Positions 35,752 through 44,934 of a stretch of 64,000 bases of DNA are shown one piece after another. The stretch's first letter is position 1, and the number at the start of each line of letters is the position of its first letter. The notes below the pieces were generated by a model, which saw only the letters and a program-made list of their open reading frames with translations, had not been told where the DNA came from and did no database searches. The position numbers and the translations under genes were made by a program. Source of the DNA: a virus (taxonomy: Duplodnaviria; Heunggongvirae; Uroviricota; Caudoviricetes); the IMG/VR virus record IMGVR_UViG_3300005527_000046, positions 1 through 64,000 of that record. The stretch is one strand, 5' to 3'.

Positions 35752-36250
35752 TCTTATTCTTATTAAGTGCAATCATTAAAGGCAGTCCTACAAGTATATT
35801 GTAAAAGAAGTGTAGTTCTATTCTTGGAAACCACAGTTGACCTATGCTAATTGCTATTGTTTTATCAAAGAAGTAAACATGACTTATTGATTGTATGAGT
35901 AATAATAAATGTTCAAAGTGATGATAGAAAGCTAATAGTAATGTTAGATTCATCCACCACAAAGAATGTTTGTTATACATATACTTAGTTAAATAGTATA
36001 TACCAACTAACATAAATAAAGCATGTCCATAATGTAAGTATTCTGAGTGAATTAGTTGTGGCCATATTAAGCCTAATAAGCCTAATGATTGTGGTCTTGT
36101 CCAGCCTAATACATATAGCTGGAACATTTGAGCTATATGTTCAAATAGGTGTGAGTATACAACTATTAAAAAGTAATTTAAATAGTTTCTAATTTGTTTA
36201 TAAGATGTTGATGACATAAGTTTAGGAGGTAAGTTTGATAAGTATTTCAA
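35741..36250 (-). CDS. polytopic membrane protein with two FEH motifs (HLFEHIAQ, HHFEHLLL)
   Basis: ORF track; strongly hydrophobic, W/H/Y-rich; no competing plus-strand ORF over 35752-36234. Confidence 0.45.
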   Translation of the reverse strand: MKYLSNLPPKLMSSTSYKQIRNYLNYFLIVVYSHLFEHIAQMFQLYVLGWTRPQSLGLLGLIWPQLIHSEYLHYGHALFMLVGIYYLTKYMYNKHSLWWMNLTLLLAFYHHFEHLLLLIQSISHVYFFDKTIAISIGQLWFPRIELHFFYNILVGLPLMIALNKNKIIS

Positions 36251-36789
36251 GTAATAAAGAAAATGGATTTAAGCCAGATCATGAAGCAAATATTAACGTT
36301 ATAGGTAATGATATTTGGTTTACTGGTGATATAAGTTTAGTAGCAATGAGTGATTTAATTAAAGAGATTCAAGTGCGTCTTAATAATAAAGATGTTAATC
36401 TTAAAGTCAATTTATTTATAGCTAGTAGTGGCGGCTGTAGTACATCTGCTATGTTATTATATAACTATTTAAATTTAAATTATAAAGATGTAACAGTAGT
36501 AGGTACTAGCAAGTTATGTAGTAGTGCTACTTATTTCTTATTTACTAAGTGTGATACATTTGTATATCCAAATATGTATGCCTTGTTTCATCCAATGAAC
36601 TTTGAGTTTAATGATAATCAACAAGCTGTAAGTAAAAGAAATGGTTTTTATAAAAGGCTTATTAGAATGGTTAATGATATATACAAGTCAAAGAATTTTA
36701 GATGTAATTGGAATACAACAGATACATATTTATATGCTAATGATTTGATTAAAAAAGGTATTATTGAAGGAATTTGGAGAACTATTTAA
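36235..36789 (+). CDS. ClpP-family serine protease-like protein
   Basis: IASSGGCSTSAMLLYNYL resembles ClpP INSPGGSVTAGLAIYD; GTSKLCSSATYFL (active-site Ser region) and ALFHPM (His region). Confidence 0.5.
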   Translation: MISISSNKENGFKPDHEANINVIGNDIWFTGDISLVAMSDLIKEIQVRLNNKDVNLKVNLFIASSGGCSTSAMLLYNYLNLNYKDVTVVGTSKLCSSATYFLFTKCDTFVYPNMYALFHPMNFEFNDNQQAVSKRNGFYKRLIRMVNDIYKSKNFRCNWNTTDTYLYANDLIKKGIIEGIWRTI

Positions 36790-36861
36790 TATGAGTGCTG
36801 TTCAATTTAAAGTTGTTGATTTTGTGGATAATAATTAATTTTTATATTATAAGGATTTAAA

Positions 36862-37062
36862 ATGATACTTAATGAAGTAATTTCTCAGTTACAAGTACTA
36901 GCGTCTCAAGGACATGGTGAATTAGATGTTGTGGTTTATGAAGATGAGAATGCAGACTACAACGTTGATAATGTGAAGCCTCAATTAATAGTGGGTCTTA
37001 GAAAGAAAAAGAATGGAATTACTATTAATGGTAATGCTAAGTTTATATGTCTTAATATCTAA
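36862..37062 (+). CDS. small protein, third (divergent) member of the 3-copy family
   Basis: MILNEVISQLQVLASQGHGELDVVVY. Confidence 0.35.
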   Translation: MILNEVISQLQVLASQGHGELDVVVYEDENADYNVDNVKPQLIVGLRKKKNGITINGNAKFICLNI

Positions 37063-37400
37063 AGTCTTTTATTAGTGTTTAGCTTAGTGCAAATATACTT
37101 CTCACTAGCTTCATTGTAAAACTCTTGTTGTTTATACCAGACTTTCCAGTAATTTGTTCCTTTGCTGGTGTTACATGTTTGACATGCACCTACTAGATTA
37201 CTTTGGAGAGAGCTACCACCTCCGCATTTAGGTATTATATGATCTAATGTTGTAGCTAACTTAGAACAGTAAATACATCTATAATGTGTCTCTTGTAGTA
37301 TCTTACTTTTAAATAATAACTTATATAGCTTTGTATAAAAGTTCTTAGATTCAGGATTGTTATTAGTAACAAACTGTTCTATTTGATTTGTTATAAACAT
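37059..37400 (-). CDS. HNH endonuclease (small)
   Basis: Motif YRCIYCSKLATTLDHIIPKCGGGSSLQSNLVGACQTCNTSKG; opposite strand to neighbours. Confidence 0.6.
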   Translation of the reverse strand: MFITNQIEQFVTNNNPESKNFYTKLYKLLFKSKILQETHYRCIYCSKLATTLDHIIPKCGGGSSLQSNLVGACQTCNTSKGTNYWKVWYKQQEFYNEASEKYICTKLNTNKRL

Positions 37401-37462
37401 GCAGTTTTATAAGTGACAACTGATAGTATAAACATATAAACAATTATATAAATAGGAGACTT

Positions 37463-37933
37463 ATGTTTGATATATATGTGCACTCAAGAATGTCTATTGA
37501 ACAAGTTCAAACTGATAAACAATTTAGTTTAATTAGTATTATTGAGCCTGTTGATAAAAGAGTGCCAACTAATGATTGGCAAACCAGTCATATGAGTTTT
37601 CCTAGTATGGCAGCAAATAAACCTAATTGTGTTAGTAGTCTATACTTAAGATTCTATGATACAGATAAACATATAGAATGTGATAATGGATTAGTTATTA
37701 GTCCAATTAATGAATTTCAAAGTAATCTTATAGCTTTATTTGCCATTAATTGTTTTCAACAAAACATAGAACATTTGTATGTTAACTGTGCTGCCGGCAT
37801 TAGTAGAAGTGCTGGTGTGGCGGCTGCTATTAGTAAGTTTTATACTGGGGATGATGAGAGATTTTATAAGGAATACATACCTAATAGATATGTATATATG
37901 AAAGTGTTAGAGGCATTACATGAGCTTACATAA
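37463..37933 (+). CDS. dual-specificity / tyrosine protein phosphatase
   Basis: CX5R active-site signature VNCAAGISRSAG. Confidence 0.65.
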   Translation: MFDIYVHSRMSIEQVQTDKQFSLISIIEPVDKRVPTNDWQTSHMSFPSMAANKPNCVSSLYLRFYDTDKHIECDNGLVISPINEFQSNLIALFAINCFQQNIEHLYVNCAAGISRSAGVAAAISKFYTGDDERFYKEYIPNRYVYMKVLEALHELT

Positions 37934-38168
37934 GGTTTATTGTAATGTTTGTAATGTTTGTAATGATATAGTTACAGTTGGATTAGCTGGCAAGCCTCAT
38001 GATTTTATGAGTTGGTTTATAGAATGTCCTTGTGAGAAAAAAGAAGAAGTTGTTATTAAACAAGTATTAAATGGTTATGGCTTATTTAATATATGTAATT
38101 TAGAAGTGCCTAATAATATACAACAAAATATACTTGAATATTGTAGAAGCACTGGTAATTACTTTTAA
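37920..38168 (+). CDS. hypothetical Cys-rich protein (CNVCNVCN from a tandem 9-mer)
   Basis: ORF track. Confidence 0.35.
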   Translation: MSLHKVYCNVCNVCNDIVTVGLAGKPHDFMSWFIECPCEKKEEVVIKQVLNGYGLFNICNLEVPNNIQQNILEYCRSTGNYF

Positions 38169-38398
38169 ATTTTATGAAAAGATCTAAGATATTAAAACCA
38201 GAACATTGTAAAAGAGTTAGATTAAAAGATACTAATAAGTATGGCTCTCTTGTTGAATTTATTTGTTATAAGTCCTTAGTTAAGTGGGATGGAACAGATA
38301 GAGTTATAAAGGTATTAAATAATAAGTTAGATTTTATATCTTAAGTTGTATTTATTAAGTTTGTTTATTTAAGTAATTAATTATTTAAAATAAATACA

Positions 38399-38977
38399 AT
38401 GCAGAGACAAGATATTACTTATAGAATCGTTGTTAAAGATCCAGAACTTAAACAGGCTTATATTGATAGTTATAATACTAACTACAAGTTCGGTGATAGA
38501 GGATTTGATCTAATTGTGCCAAAGGATTACAAGATCAATGTGTTTAGTGGTAGTAATAAGATTGATCATGAGATTCAAGTTGCTGGTTATTATGTATATG
38601 AAAGGGGTGAAATATTTACAGAAGAAGCAACATTAACTACTGTTTCTATTGAACATGAAGTAGGTTATGACTTGAGAGTTAGATCTGGAACAGGTGCTAA
38701 TACTAGATTAAGACTTGCTAATGCAACAGGTACTATTGATTTATATAGAGGTAATATCATTGCTTTGATAGATCATATTCCTTTTACTAATGATTATGTT
38801 AAAGAAGATAAAAGACTTGATCTAGCTACCGGTAAGGAGTATATTTTCATACCTAAAGGCACTAGATTAGTACAACTTGTTAACCCTAATGGTTATGGTG
38901 TTTTAGTAGAGTTTGTAGATGAGTTACCTCCAACTGAAAGGGGTGATAGAGGCTTTGCTAGTAGTGGTGGTTTGTAA
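38399..38977 (+). CDS. dut: dUTPase
   Basis: Motifs RSGTGA (motif III) and GTIDLYRGNIIALI (G-x-ID-x-x-YRG, motif IV). Confidence 0.6.
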   Translation: MQRQDITYRIVVKDPELKQAYIDSYNTNYKFGDRGFDLIVPKDYKINVFSGSNKIDHEIQVAGYYVYERGEIFTEEATLTTVSIEHEVGYDLRVRSGTGANTRLRLANATGTIDLYRGNIIALIDHIPFTNDYVKEDKRLDLATGKEYIFIPKGTRLVQLVNPNGYGVLVEFVDELPPTERGDRGFASSGGL

Positions 38978-39392
38978 TTTATATGGCAATTCAGTGAGTA
39001 CAGATTTAAAAATAAAAGGCACTAGATTAATTACTATAAATAAAACTGGGAATGTAGAAACCCAGTTTTATAGTTTATATCCAACTGAATTTACAGCAGA
39101 AATTAATAAGTTAATCGTTAATAGTAATGAGCCATTTGATGAATGGTGTAAGTATATTAGAAGAGACTATAATATAAATGATATTGTTTATATTTGGGAC
39201 TTAGAAGATAACTATAATGTGCCTGAAATAGTAGAAAGAGAAAGGGCTTTTTATGAGGAACTTAATGAAATAGCTAGTCCAGAAGATATAGTTAGATATG
39301 AAATTAGATCTGAATATATTATTAATGAAATAACTCAAGATATACAAGAGCTTATAGATAGAAGTTGGGATTTTGAATGGGTATTAGAATAA
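38919..39392 (+). CDS. hypothetical protein
   Basis: ORF track. Confidence 0.45.
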   Translation: MSYLQLKGVIEALLVVVVCNLYGNSVSTDLKIKGTRLITINKTGNVETQFYSLYPTEFTAEINKLIVNSNEPFDEWCKYIRRDYNINDIVYIWDLEDNYNVPEIVERERAFYEELNEIASPEDIVRYEIRSEYIINEITQDIQELIDRSWDFEWVLE

Positions 39393-39393
39393 T

Positions 39394-39936
39394 ATGGGTT
39401 GTTGGACTGAGACTTGTGTTTTATCTGATAGACCTTTAGGCTACAAACATACAGAAGAAAGTAAAAAGATTATGTCTGAAAAGAAAAAAGGTATTAAACA
39501 AACTTCTGAAAATATAGCAAAAAGGATAGAGGGTATGAAAGGTCGTAAACATTCAGAACAGACTAAAGAAAAAATGCGTCAGAGTAAATTAGGAGAAAAG
39601 AATCCTATGTTTGGTGTAAAATATTCTGAAGAAAAAAGAAATGAAAAAGTAGCAAATATGCTATCAGTTACTAGATGGAATAAAGGTAAAACAAAAGAAA
39701 CTGATCCTTTAATGGCTAAACTTTCAGAGAAATTAAAAGGTCGTTCTGTCTACAACAGTTTAAAATGCAGATTAATTAATTTAGAATCTCTTGAAGAGTG
39801 GATTGCTGATTCTATAATAAAACTATCAGAAGGATGTCCATTAAGTTTAGCTTCTTTAAATAGATTAAAATCAAATAAAAACTGTCAAACAAAATTACTC
39901 AAGCAATATAAATTGGAAATTATTAATGAAAGTTGA
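39394..39936 (+). CDS. NUMOD3-repeat DNA-binding protein (probable homing-endonuclease remnant lacking a nuclease domain)
   Basis: Repeats KHTEESKKIMSEKKKG, KHSEQTKEKMRQSKLGEKNPMFG, KYSEEKRNEKVANM resemble NUMOD3 modules of GIY-YIG/HNH homing endonucleases; no GIY-YIG or HNH motif present. Confidence 0.4.
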   Translation: MGCWTETCVLSDRPLGYKHTEESKKIMSEKKKGIKQTSENIAKRIEGMKGRKHSEQTKEKMRQSKLGEKNPMFGVKYSEEKRNEKVANMLSVTRWNKGKTKETDPLMAKLSEKLKGRSVYNSLKCRLINLESLEEWIADSIIKLSEGCPLSLASLNRLKSNKNCQTKLLKQYKLEIINES

Positions 39937-40567
39937 ATTGTTATCATATTTTGGTTCTGATACAATGGTAGCAAATGTAGCCCGTGTCAGTTATCAAAAA
40001 GAAGCTTCTAATTACACTGAACAACAAAATGCTAAGCTTATAAATTATTTATATAGTCATAAACATACTAGTTGTTTTAGACATCCACAACTACAGTTTA
40101 GAGTTAGATGTAGTTTATATGTTGAGCGTCAATTATTTAAGCATCAAGTTGGGATTTCAGTTAACTCAATTAGTGGAAGATATGTTGATTTTAGTGATAG
40201 TTATTACTATATAGATGAGTGGAGAAAACAATCTAAGTCATCTAAACAAGGTAGTGAAGGGTTAATTGAAAATCAGGAAAGAGCTAATCAAATACAAGAT
40301 GAAGTAATTGAGTTTTGTAAAGCTAAATATAAAGAGTTATTAGAATTAGAAGTTGCTAAAGAACAAGCTAGATCAGCACTTCCTTTATCATTAGAAACAG
40401 AGTTTATATGGACTGGTAGCTTTTTAGCTTTTATGCATTTATGCAATCTTAGAATCAAAGATGATGTGCAAAAAGAAACTAGAGATGTAGCAGAGCAAAT
40501 GCTTGAATTAGTTAAAAATATAGAAAGTAATCCCTTTGAATATACTATTAAAGCTTGGGGTTATTAA
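39926..40567 (+). CDS. thyX: flavin-dependent thymidylate synthase ThyX-like protein with variant RHR motif (KHQ)
   Basis: FRVRCSLYVERQLFKHQVGISVNSISGRYV matches the ThyX signature ...CSRAVARQLVRHR-x7-S-x-RY except RHR replaced by KHQ. Confidence 0.55.
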   Translation: MKVELLSYFGSDTMVANVARVSYQKEASNYTEQQNAKLINYLYSHKHTSCFRHPQLQFRVRCSLYVERQLFKHQVGISVNSISGRYVDFSDSYYYIDEWRKQSKSSKQGSEGLIENQERANQIQDEVIEFCKAKYKELLELEVAKEQARSALPLSLETEFIWTGSFLAFMHLCNLRIKDDVQKETRDVAEQMLELVKNIESNPFEYTIKAWGY

Positions 40568-40965
40568 TGAGTAATGATCTACACTTACAAGCTACCAGAG
40601 ACATAGTTGTTAAAGGTAAAAATATAGAAGAACAACAGTCTTATTATATTGGTTTAATACAGATAAAAGAGTCTCAAGGTGCTATTGAAATAGCTAATAG
40701 TAAATATCCTTTTAAAGCTTATTGTGAATATCTTAGAAAGGTTGAAAAGGAGTATGAGTGGGAAGAAGAGCCAATATATTTATGGGATGTTGATAAGTCT
40801 AAAGAAGCTTATAAAATATTAATAAGTTGTGCTTGTGATTTTGAAGAACTTGATAAGCATATTATAGGTTATAAAAAAACTTCTGTTAGATTAATTAAAT
40901 CACTAGAAGAAGAAATAAAAGAAGCATTGATTAATGGATATAAATTAAATTGGGAAGTTTGGTAA
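40555..40965 (+). CDS. hypothetical protein
   Basis: ORF track. Confidence 0.45.
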   Translation: MGLLMSNDLHLQATRDIVVKGKNIEEQQSYYIGLIQIKESQGAIEIANSKYPFKAYCEYLRKVEKEYEWEEEPIYLWDVDKSKEAYKILISCACDFEELDKHIIGYKKTSVRLIKSLEEEIKEALINGYKLNWEVW

Positions 40966-40979
40966 TAGGTTGTTTATAA

Positions 40980-42164
40980 ATGACAGATTATAGATACTGT
41001 AAACTTATTATGATTACAGATGATAATCATAATAAGTATTATGAAATGCAGGAAACTAGTGAAAACATACAAATTAAATATGGGCGAGTTGATAGCTCTT
41101 GTATTACTATTACTAAGCCTATAAGTCAGTGGAATTCTTTAATTAAAAGTAAGTTAAAGAAAGGATATAAAGATGTTACTGATTTAGTTGCTATTGTTAA
41201 GGATGACAGTAAACCTAGAACTTTATTGTATAGCCAAGAATTATATGATATTTTTCTTAAAAAGATGATGGATTATAGAGATGGTCTTGTATCTTCTACT
41301 TACAGTGTTAAGGCTAATCAAGTTACTAGAAAGCAACTAGAACAGGCTCAGTTGTACATTAATGAATTAGCAAAAATAAAGACTGATTATGAATTAACAG
41401 AAGAAGATATAAAGAGTATTAATAACTTATTAATACAGTTATATACAGTCATTCCTAGGTATATGAATAAGGTTCAAAACTATTTAATACCTAATATTAG
41501 TCTTAATAACTTAGTACAAAAAGAACAAGATAATCTAGATGCTATTTCTTCTCAAGTTATAGAAGAGATACAGGAAAATACAGATGAGAAAACTACATAT
41601 TCTCCAGCAGAGCAGTTAGGTATAAAGATATCTAAAGTTGATAGTTCACCCACTGAAATTGAATATATCACTAAGCAAATATCCAAAAAGATAAAAGGTT
41701 TGTTTGAAGTAGAAATACCAAAACATAAAAATAAATACAGATCTTATTTAGAGTCTAATGCACAAAAACAACAAGATAACTCTAAATACTTAATACACGG
41801 TACTAGATGTAGTTCTGTTATTCCTATTATTGAGCAAGGCTTAAAGATTAGGCCTAGCGGCAATTATCATTATTCTGGAAAGGTATATGGAGATGGTAAT
41901 TACTTCTCAGAAGTAGTTAATAAATCCTTAGGATATACAGGCAATGATAATGATAAGATATTATTAATATATCAAGTATATATTGGTACTCCTTTTATTT
42001 ATAAAGGATGGTTTAGAGGTAATTCATTTGAACTAAGCTATGATGAATTAAAGAGTAGAGGTTATGATAGTACCTTTGTAAAGGCTGGCAACGGTCTTTT
42101 AAATAGTGAGATTATTGTTTATAAAGAAGAACAAGCTCACCTTAGATATATAATTTGGCTCTAA
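40980..42164 (+). CDS. PARP-like ADP-ribosyltransferase (C-terminal catalytic domain)
   Basis: H-Y-E triad context: LIHGTRCSSVIPIIEQGLKIRP (His), GKVYGDGNYFSEV (Tyr), LLNSEIIVYKEEQAHLRYIIWL (Glu), collinear with PARP catalytic-domain blocks. Confidence 0.55.
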   Translation: MTDYRYCKLIMITDDNHNKYYEMQETSENIQIKYGRVDSSCITITKPISQWNSLIKSKLKKGYKDVTDLVAIVKDDSKPRTLLYSQELYDIFLKKMMDYRDGLVSSTYSVKANQVTRKQLEQAQLYINELAKIKTDYELTEEDIKSINNLLIQLYTVIPRYMNKVQNYLIPNISLNNLVQKEQDNLDAISSQVIEEIQENTDEKTTYSPAEQLGIKISKVDSSPTEIEYITKQISKKIKGLFEVEIPKHKNKYRSYLESNAQKQQDNSKYLIHGTRCSSVIPIIEQGLKIRPSGNYHYSGKVYGDGNYFSEVVNKSLGYTGNDNDKILLIYQVYIGTPFIYKGWFRGNSFELSYDELKSRGYDSTFVKAGNGLLNSEIIVYKEEQAHLRYIIWL

Positions 42165-42185
42165 TAAATAACACAGAATAAAACA

Positions 42186-42725
42186 ATGACAGATATTACA
42201 GACCTTGCAAGTGACTTAGTACTATCAACAGCACATAGATTAATATATTTTAATCGTCAAACAACTACTAAAGAAATAAAAGAAGAAATTAGAATTAGAC
42301 ATCCTCAAGTTTGGATAACACAAAATATAGTCTCTGATTTAATGTTGATATTTGAAGGTATGAATATGTTTACCTTTACTGATAATGGAACATATAGAAC
42401 TTACTATTTAAATATTGAATATTATCTTGAGCAGATACAAAATGAAGAGCATAATACTCATGAAGAAATATCTGTGTCTAAGAAGGAAGCTTTAGATATT
42501 ATTAATACGCTGCAAGCTGGTGACTTTATCAAAGCAACCTTTACAAAGAAGGATAAGAATAAGAGAGTCTTAAATGGGCAGGTTCATACACCTAATAAAG
42601 GTGATGGCTTTTTATTAGTATATGACCAAGATCTAGCTGAGGATAATATTAGAAACATAGATCTAAGAAGACTTATTAGCTTTAACATTGGTCAAACTGA
42701 TTATATTATAACTAAAGCTAAATAA
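42186..42725 (+). CDS. hypothetical protein
   Basis: ORF track. Confidence 0.45.
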   Translation: MTDITDLASDLVLSTAHRLIYFNRQTTTKEIKEEIRIRHPQVWITQNIVSDLMLIFEGMNMFTFTDNGTYRTYYLNIEYYLEQIQNEEHNTHEEISVSKKEALDIINTLQAGDFIKATFTKKDKNKRVLNGQVHTPNKGDGFLLVYDQDLAEDNIRNIDLRRLISFNIGQTDYIITKAK

Positions 42726-42789
42726 ACTCTCATTTATATGAATATTCTTGTGTTATATTTTTTATATAAATTGACACAAGAATATAAAA

Positions 42790-43617
42790 ATGAAGTTAGA
42801 AGTATTTGAAAGAAATTTACATGCTAATGCTTCTATAAAAGTAATAGAAGCGCCAAAGAGTGTAGAAACTATAAAAATAATAAGTAAGCAAGAACCTTCT
42901 TTATTCTTTGAACTAAAGAAACTTATAGGAGTTGAAGCTTACTCTGATACTAGTTTTTTACTATATGTATTAATATCCTTATATGGGTTTCAAAAGATTA
43001 CAGAGCTTTATAAGTTTATAGTTAATCTAATAGCTTTGCCTAAACAAGTGTCAGAGGTTTACAACTTTATAACAAAAGAAGACATTATCCTATTAGATAA
43101 AATTGATGATTTAATGCATCAACTAATGGGTGTTACTGGAGCAGATAGAATAGCTATAGCTAAGATTCATAATGGTACATATGATGTCACTGGAAGTCAT
43201 CAAATGAAGTTTAGTATCATATATGAAATAACTAATAGACTCTCTCCTATTAGACATAACACTCAGAACATTCCTCTTGATTATATAAAAGAAGAAATTG
43301 TTTTAGGCTCTTGGTTAACCTTTGAAAGATATGAAAGAAGCTCTTTAGACTCTTTATGTGATCTTTACTTAGATAAGATTGGCATTAAGGCTAAAGATTA
43401 TAAACTATTAGCTATTAATAAAGTTATATATGGAATATTAGATATTCATTATATTGAGCTACCTGATGTGGACTTTACTCAGAATAAACAACTAGAAAGA
43501 AGAGTCGTTAAAATTACAAAAGAGATTGAAGAGTGTTTAGAAAGTATATTACTAAAAAGAAATTGGGCACAAAAACTATTTAGTAAGACTTTTAAAATAA
43601 ATCCTTTATTTAGATAA
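42790..43617 (+). CDS. hypothetical protein (last gene of the plus-strand block)
   Basis: ORF track; TTGACA-like/TATA-rich promoter-like sequence upstream (42736-42790). Confidence 0.5.
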   Translation: MKLEVFERNLHANASIKVIEAPKSVETIKIISKQEPSLFFELKKLIGVEAYSDTSFLLYVLISLYGFQKITELYKFIVNLIALPKQVSEVYNFITKEDIILLDKIDDLMHQLMGVTGADRIAIAKIHNGTYDVTGSHQMKFSIIYEITNRLSPIRHNTQNIPLDYIKEEIVLGSWLTFERYERSSLDSLCDLYLDKIGIKAKDYKLLAINKVIYGILDIHYIELPDVDFTQNKQLERRVVKITKEIEECLESILLKRNWAQKLFSKTFKINPLFR

Positions 43618-43620
43618 ATT

Positions 43621-43658
43621 AAAAGAAGCTGTTGGTTTAATCATCAACAGCTTCTTTT
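43621..43658. terminator. bidirectional rho-independent terminator between convergent gene blocks
   Basis: A4-AGAAGCTGTTG-loop(10)-CAACAGCTTCT-T4; the 3' strand also encodes the last codons of the minus-strand gene 43637..44416. Confidence 0.6.
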
Positions 43659-44416
43659 AATTCTTCTCTATGTGTTTTTATTGTTTGTTTGTCTACTTGA
43701 TGTAGGACTGGTTGAGATATTCCTCCTAATAATAAAGCATCCCATAAAGAACTCTTCATCTTTATTATTGTTATTAAATCTCTAGCTACTATTGGATTAT
43801 AAGCTCCAATAGTATTAACTATATCAGCTATAAGTGTTCTCATAGACTGCGCTCTTATTTGTGTTGAAACAAACTTATCTGCTGTTTCAGTTAACTGTCT
43901 CATCTCTTTGAAGAGTTCAATTAATACTTGTTCTTTTGTAGTAGATTTATTTTTAAAAGCTTTATTACCAACTAAGGAAATATCATCTAATAAAGTAGAT
44001 AACTTTTCATATAAGTCTTGATATCTGGAACTTGCATCAAAGATTGATCCAATTTTATTCTCATTTGGTTTTACATATAAACTGTTAGTTTCTTTATATG
44101 TAGTCAACCACTTATCTATATCTTCTGGTGTTATTGTCATTCCAGCTAATGTAGATAAAGAATTAGCCATACTTGCTACTGTCTGTCCTGCTTGATAAAA
44201 CTGAATTAAATAACTGGCCAAACCAGCTTGATCAATTACATTAGTAGGAATAATATTAGGCATGTCTAATTTATTTGATTCTTTTAAATTATCTTCTAAA
44301 TAATCTATGTCTGCTAATATTAGTTGATAAGCTTCTTCTCCAATTCTCTCATCAATAGTTAGTTGATCTCTTAAATCTTGCTTAATCTTTTTAACAAATA
44401 AATGAGCATCAATCAT
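43637..44416 (-). CDS. hypothetical protein
   Basis: ORF track; start overlaps stop of the gene at 44416..44814. Confidence 0.5.
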   Translation of the reverse strand: MIDAHLFVKKIKQDLRDQLTIDERIGEEAYQLILADIDYLEDNLKESNKLDMPNIIPTNVIDQAGLASYLIQFYQAGQTVASMANSLSTLAGMTITPEDIDKWLTTYKETNSLYVKPNENKIGSIFDASSRYQDLYEKLSTLLDDISLVGNKAFKNKSTTKEQVLIELFKEMRQLTETADKFVSTQIRAQSMRTLIADIVNTIGAYNPIVARDLITIIKMKSSLWDALLLGGISQPVLHQVDKQTIKTHREELKEAVDD

Positions 44417-44814
44417 TATTCAAGACCTTTTTCCATTCTAATTCTTATGTCTATTGGTTCTAAAATAGTGTCAAAGTCTTCTAGATTTACATACCTTGCA
44501 ATTAGATATTGCATTATTTGATCTACTGCTTTGTCTGCTCTTCTTTTAACAGTAGAACTGTTTAAGAATTGAGAGTCTGCTATTGCTTGTCTACTTCTAT
44601 CGCTAGTTGTTAGATACATTAGAATTTTATAATTCTCTGGATTTATACTTGCCATCCATTTTTTAGCGGAGTTTACCTGATTCCAACTAAATTCATGTAT
44701 TAAAATTCTTCCTTCTTCTTCAAACTTATATAAAAAAGGCATCTTCCACGGATACTCCTTTTTTAAATAATTAAAAAGCTTGATTCTTCCTGAGTGCGGC
44801 TGAGCCATTTTCAT
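44416..44814 (-). CDS. sigma-70 region-4-like HTH protein (candidate late transcription factor)
   Basis: Segment RSRQAIADSQFLNSSTVKRRADKAVDQI resembles sigma region 4.2. Confidence 0.35.
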   Translation of the reverse strand: MKMAQPHSGRIKLFNYLKKEYPWKMPFLYKFEEEGRILIHEFSWNQVNSAKKWMASINPENYKILMYLTTSDRSRQAIADSQFLNSSTVKRRADKAVDQIMQYLIARYVNLEDFDTILEPIDIRIRMEKGLE

Positions 44815-44934
44815 GTTTCCTTTATGTTTATGTTTTAAAATCTTTGACTTATTTATATATAAATAATATAAATGCCTATATAGTAAATGATTATACTATA
44901 TAGGCATTTATATTGCAACTAATTATGTGTTAGA

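Noticed and set aside
37938-37966. Tandem 9-mer gtaatgttt repeats (possible CRISPR-like repeat)
   Set aside because: Only about 2.5 copies, no spacers, and it lies inside a coding frame (CNVCNVCN). There is no CRISPR array anywhere in the window.
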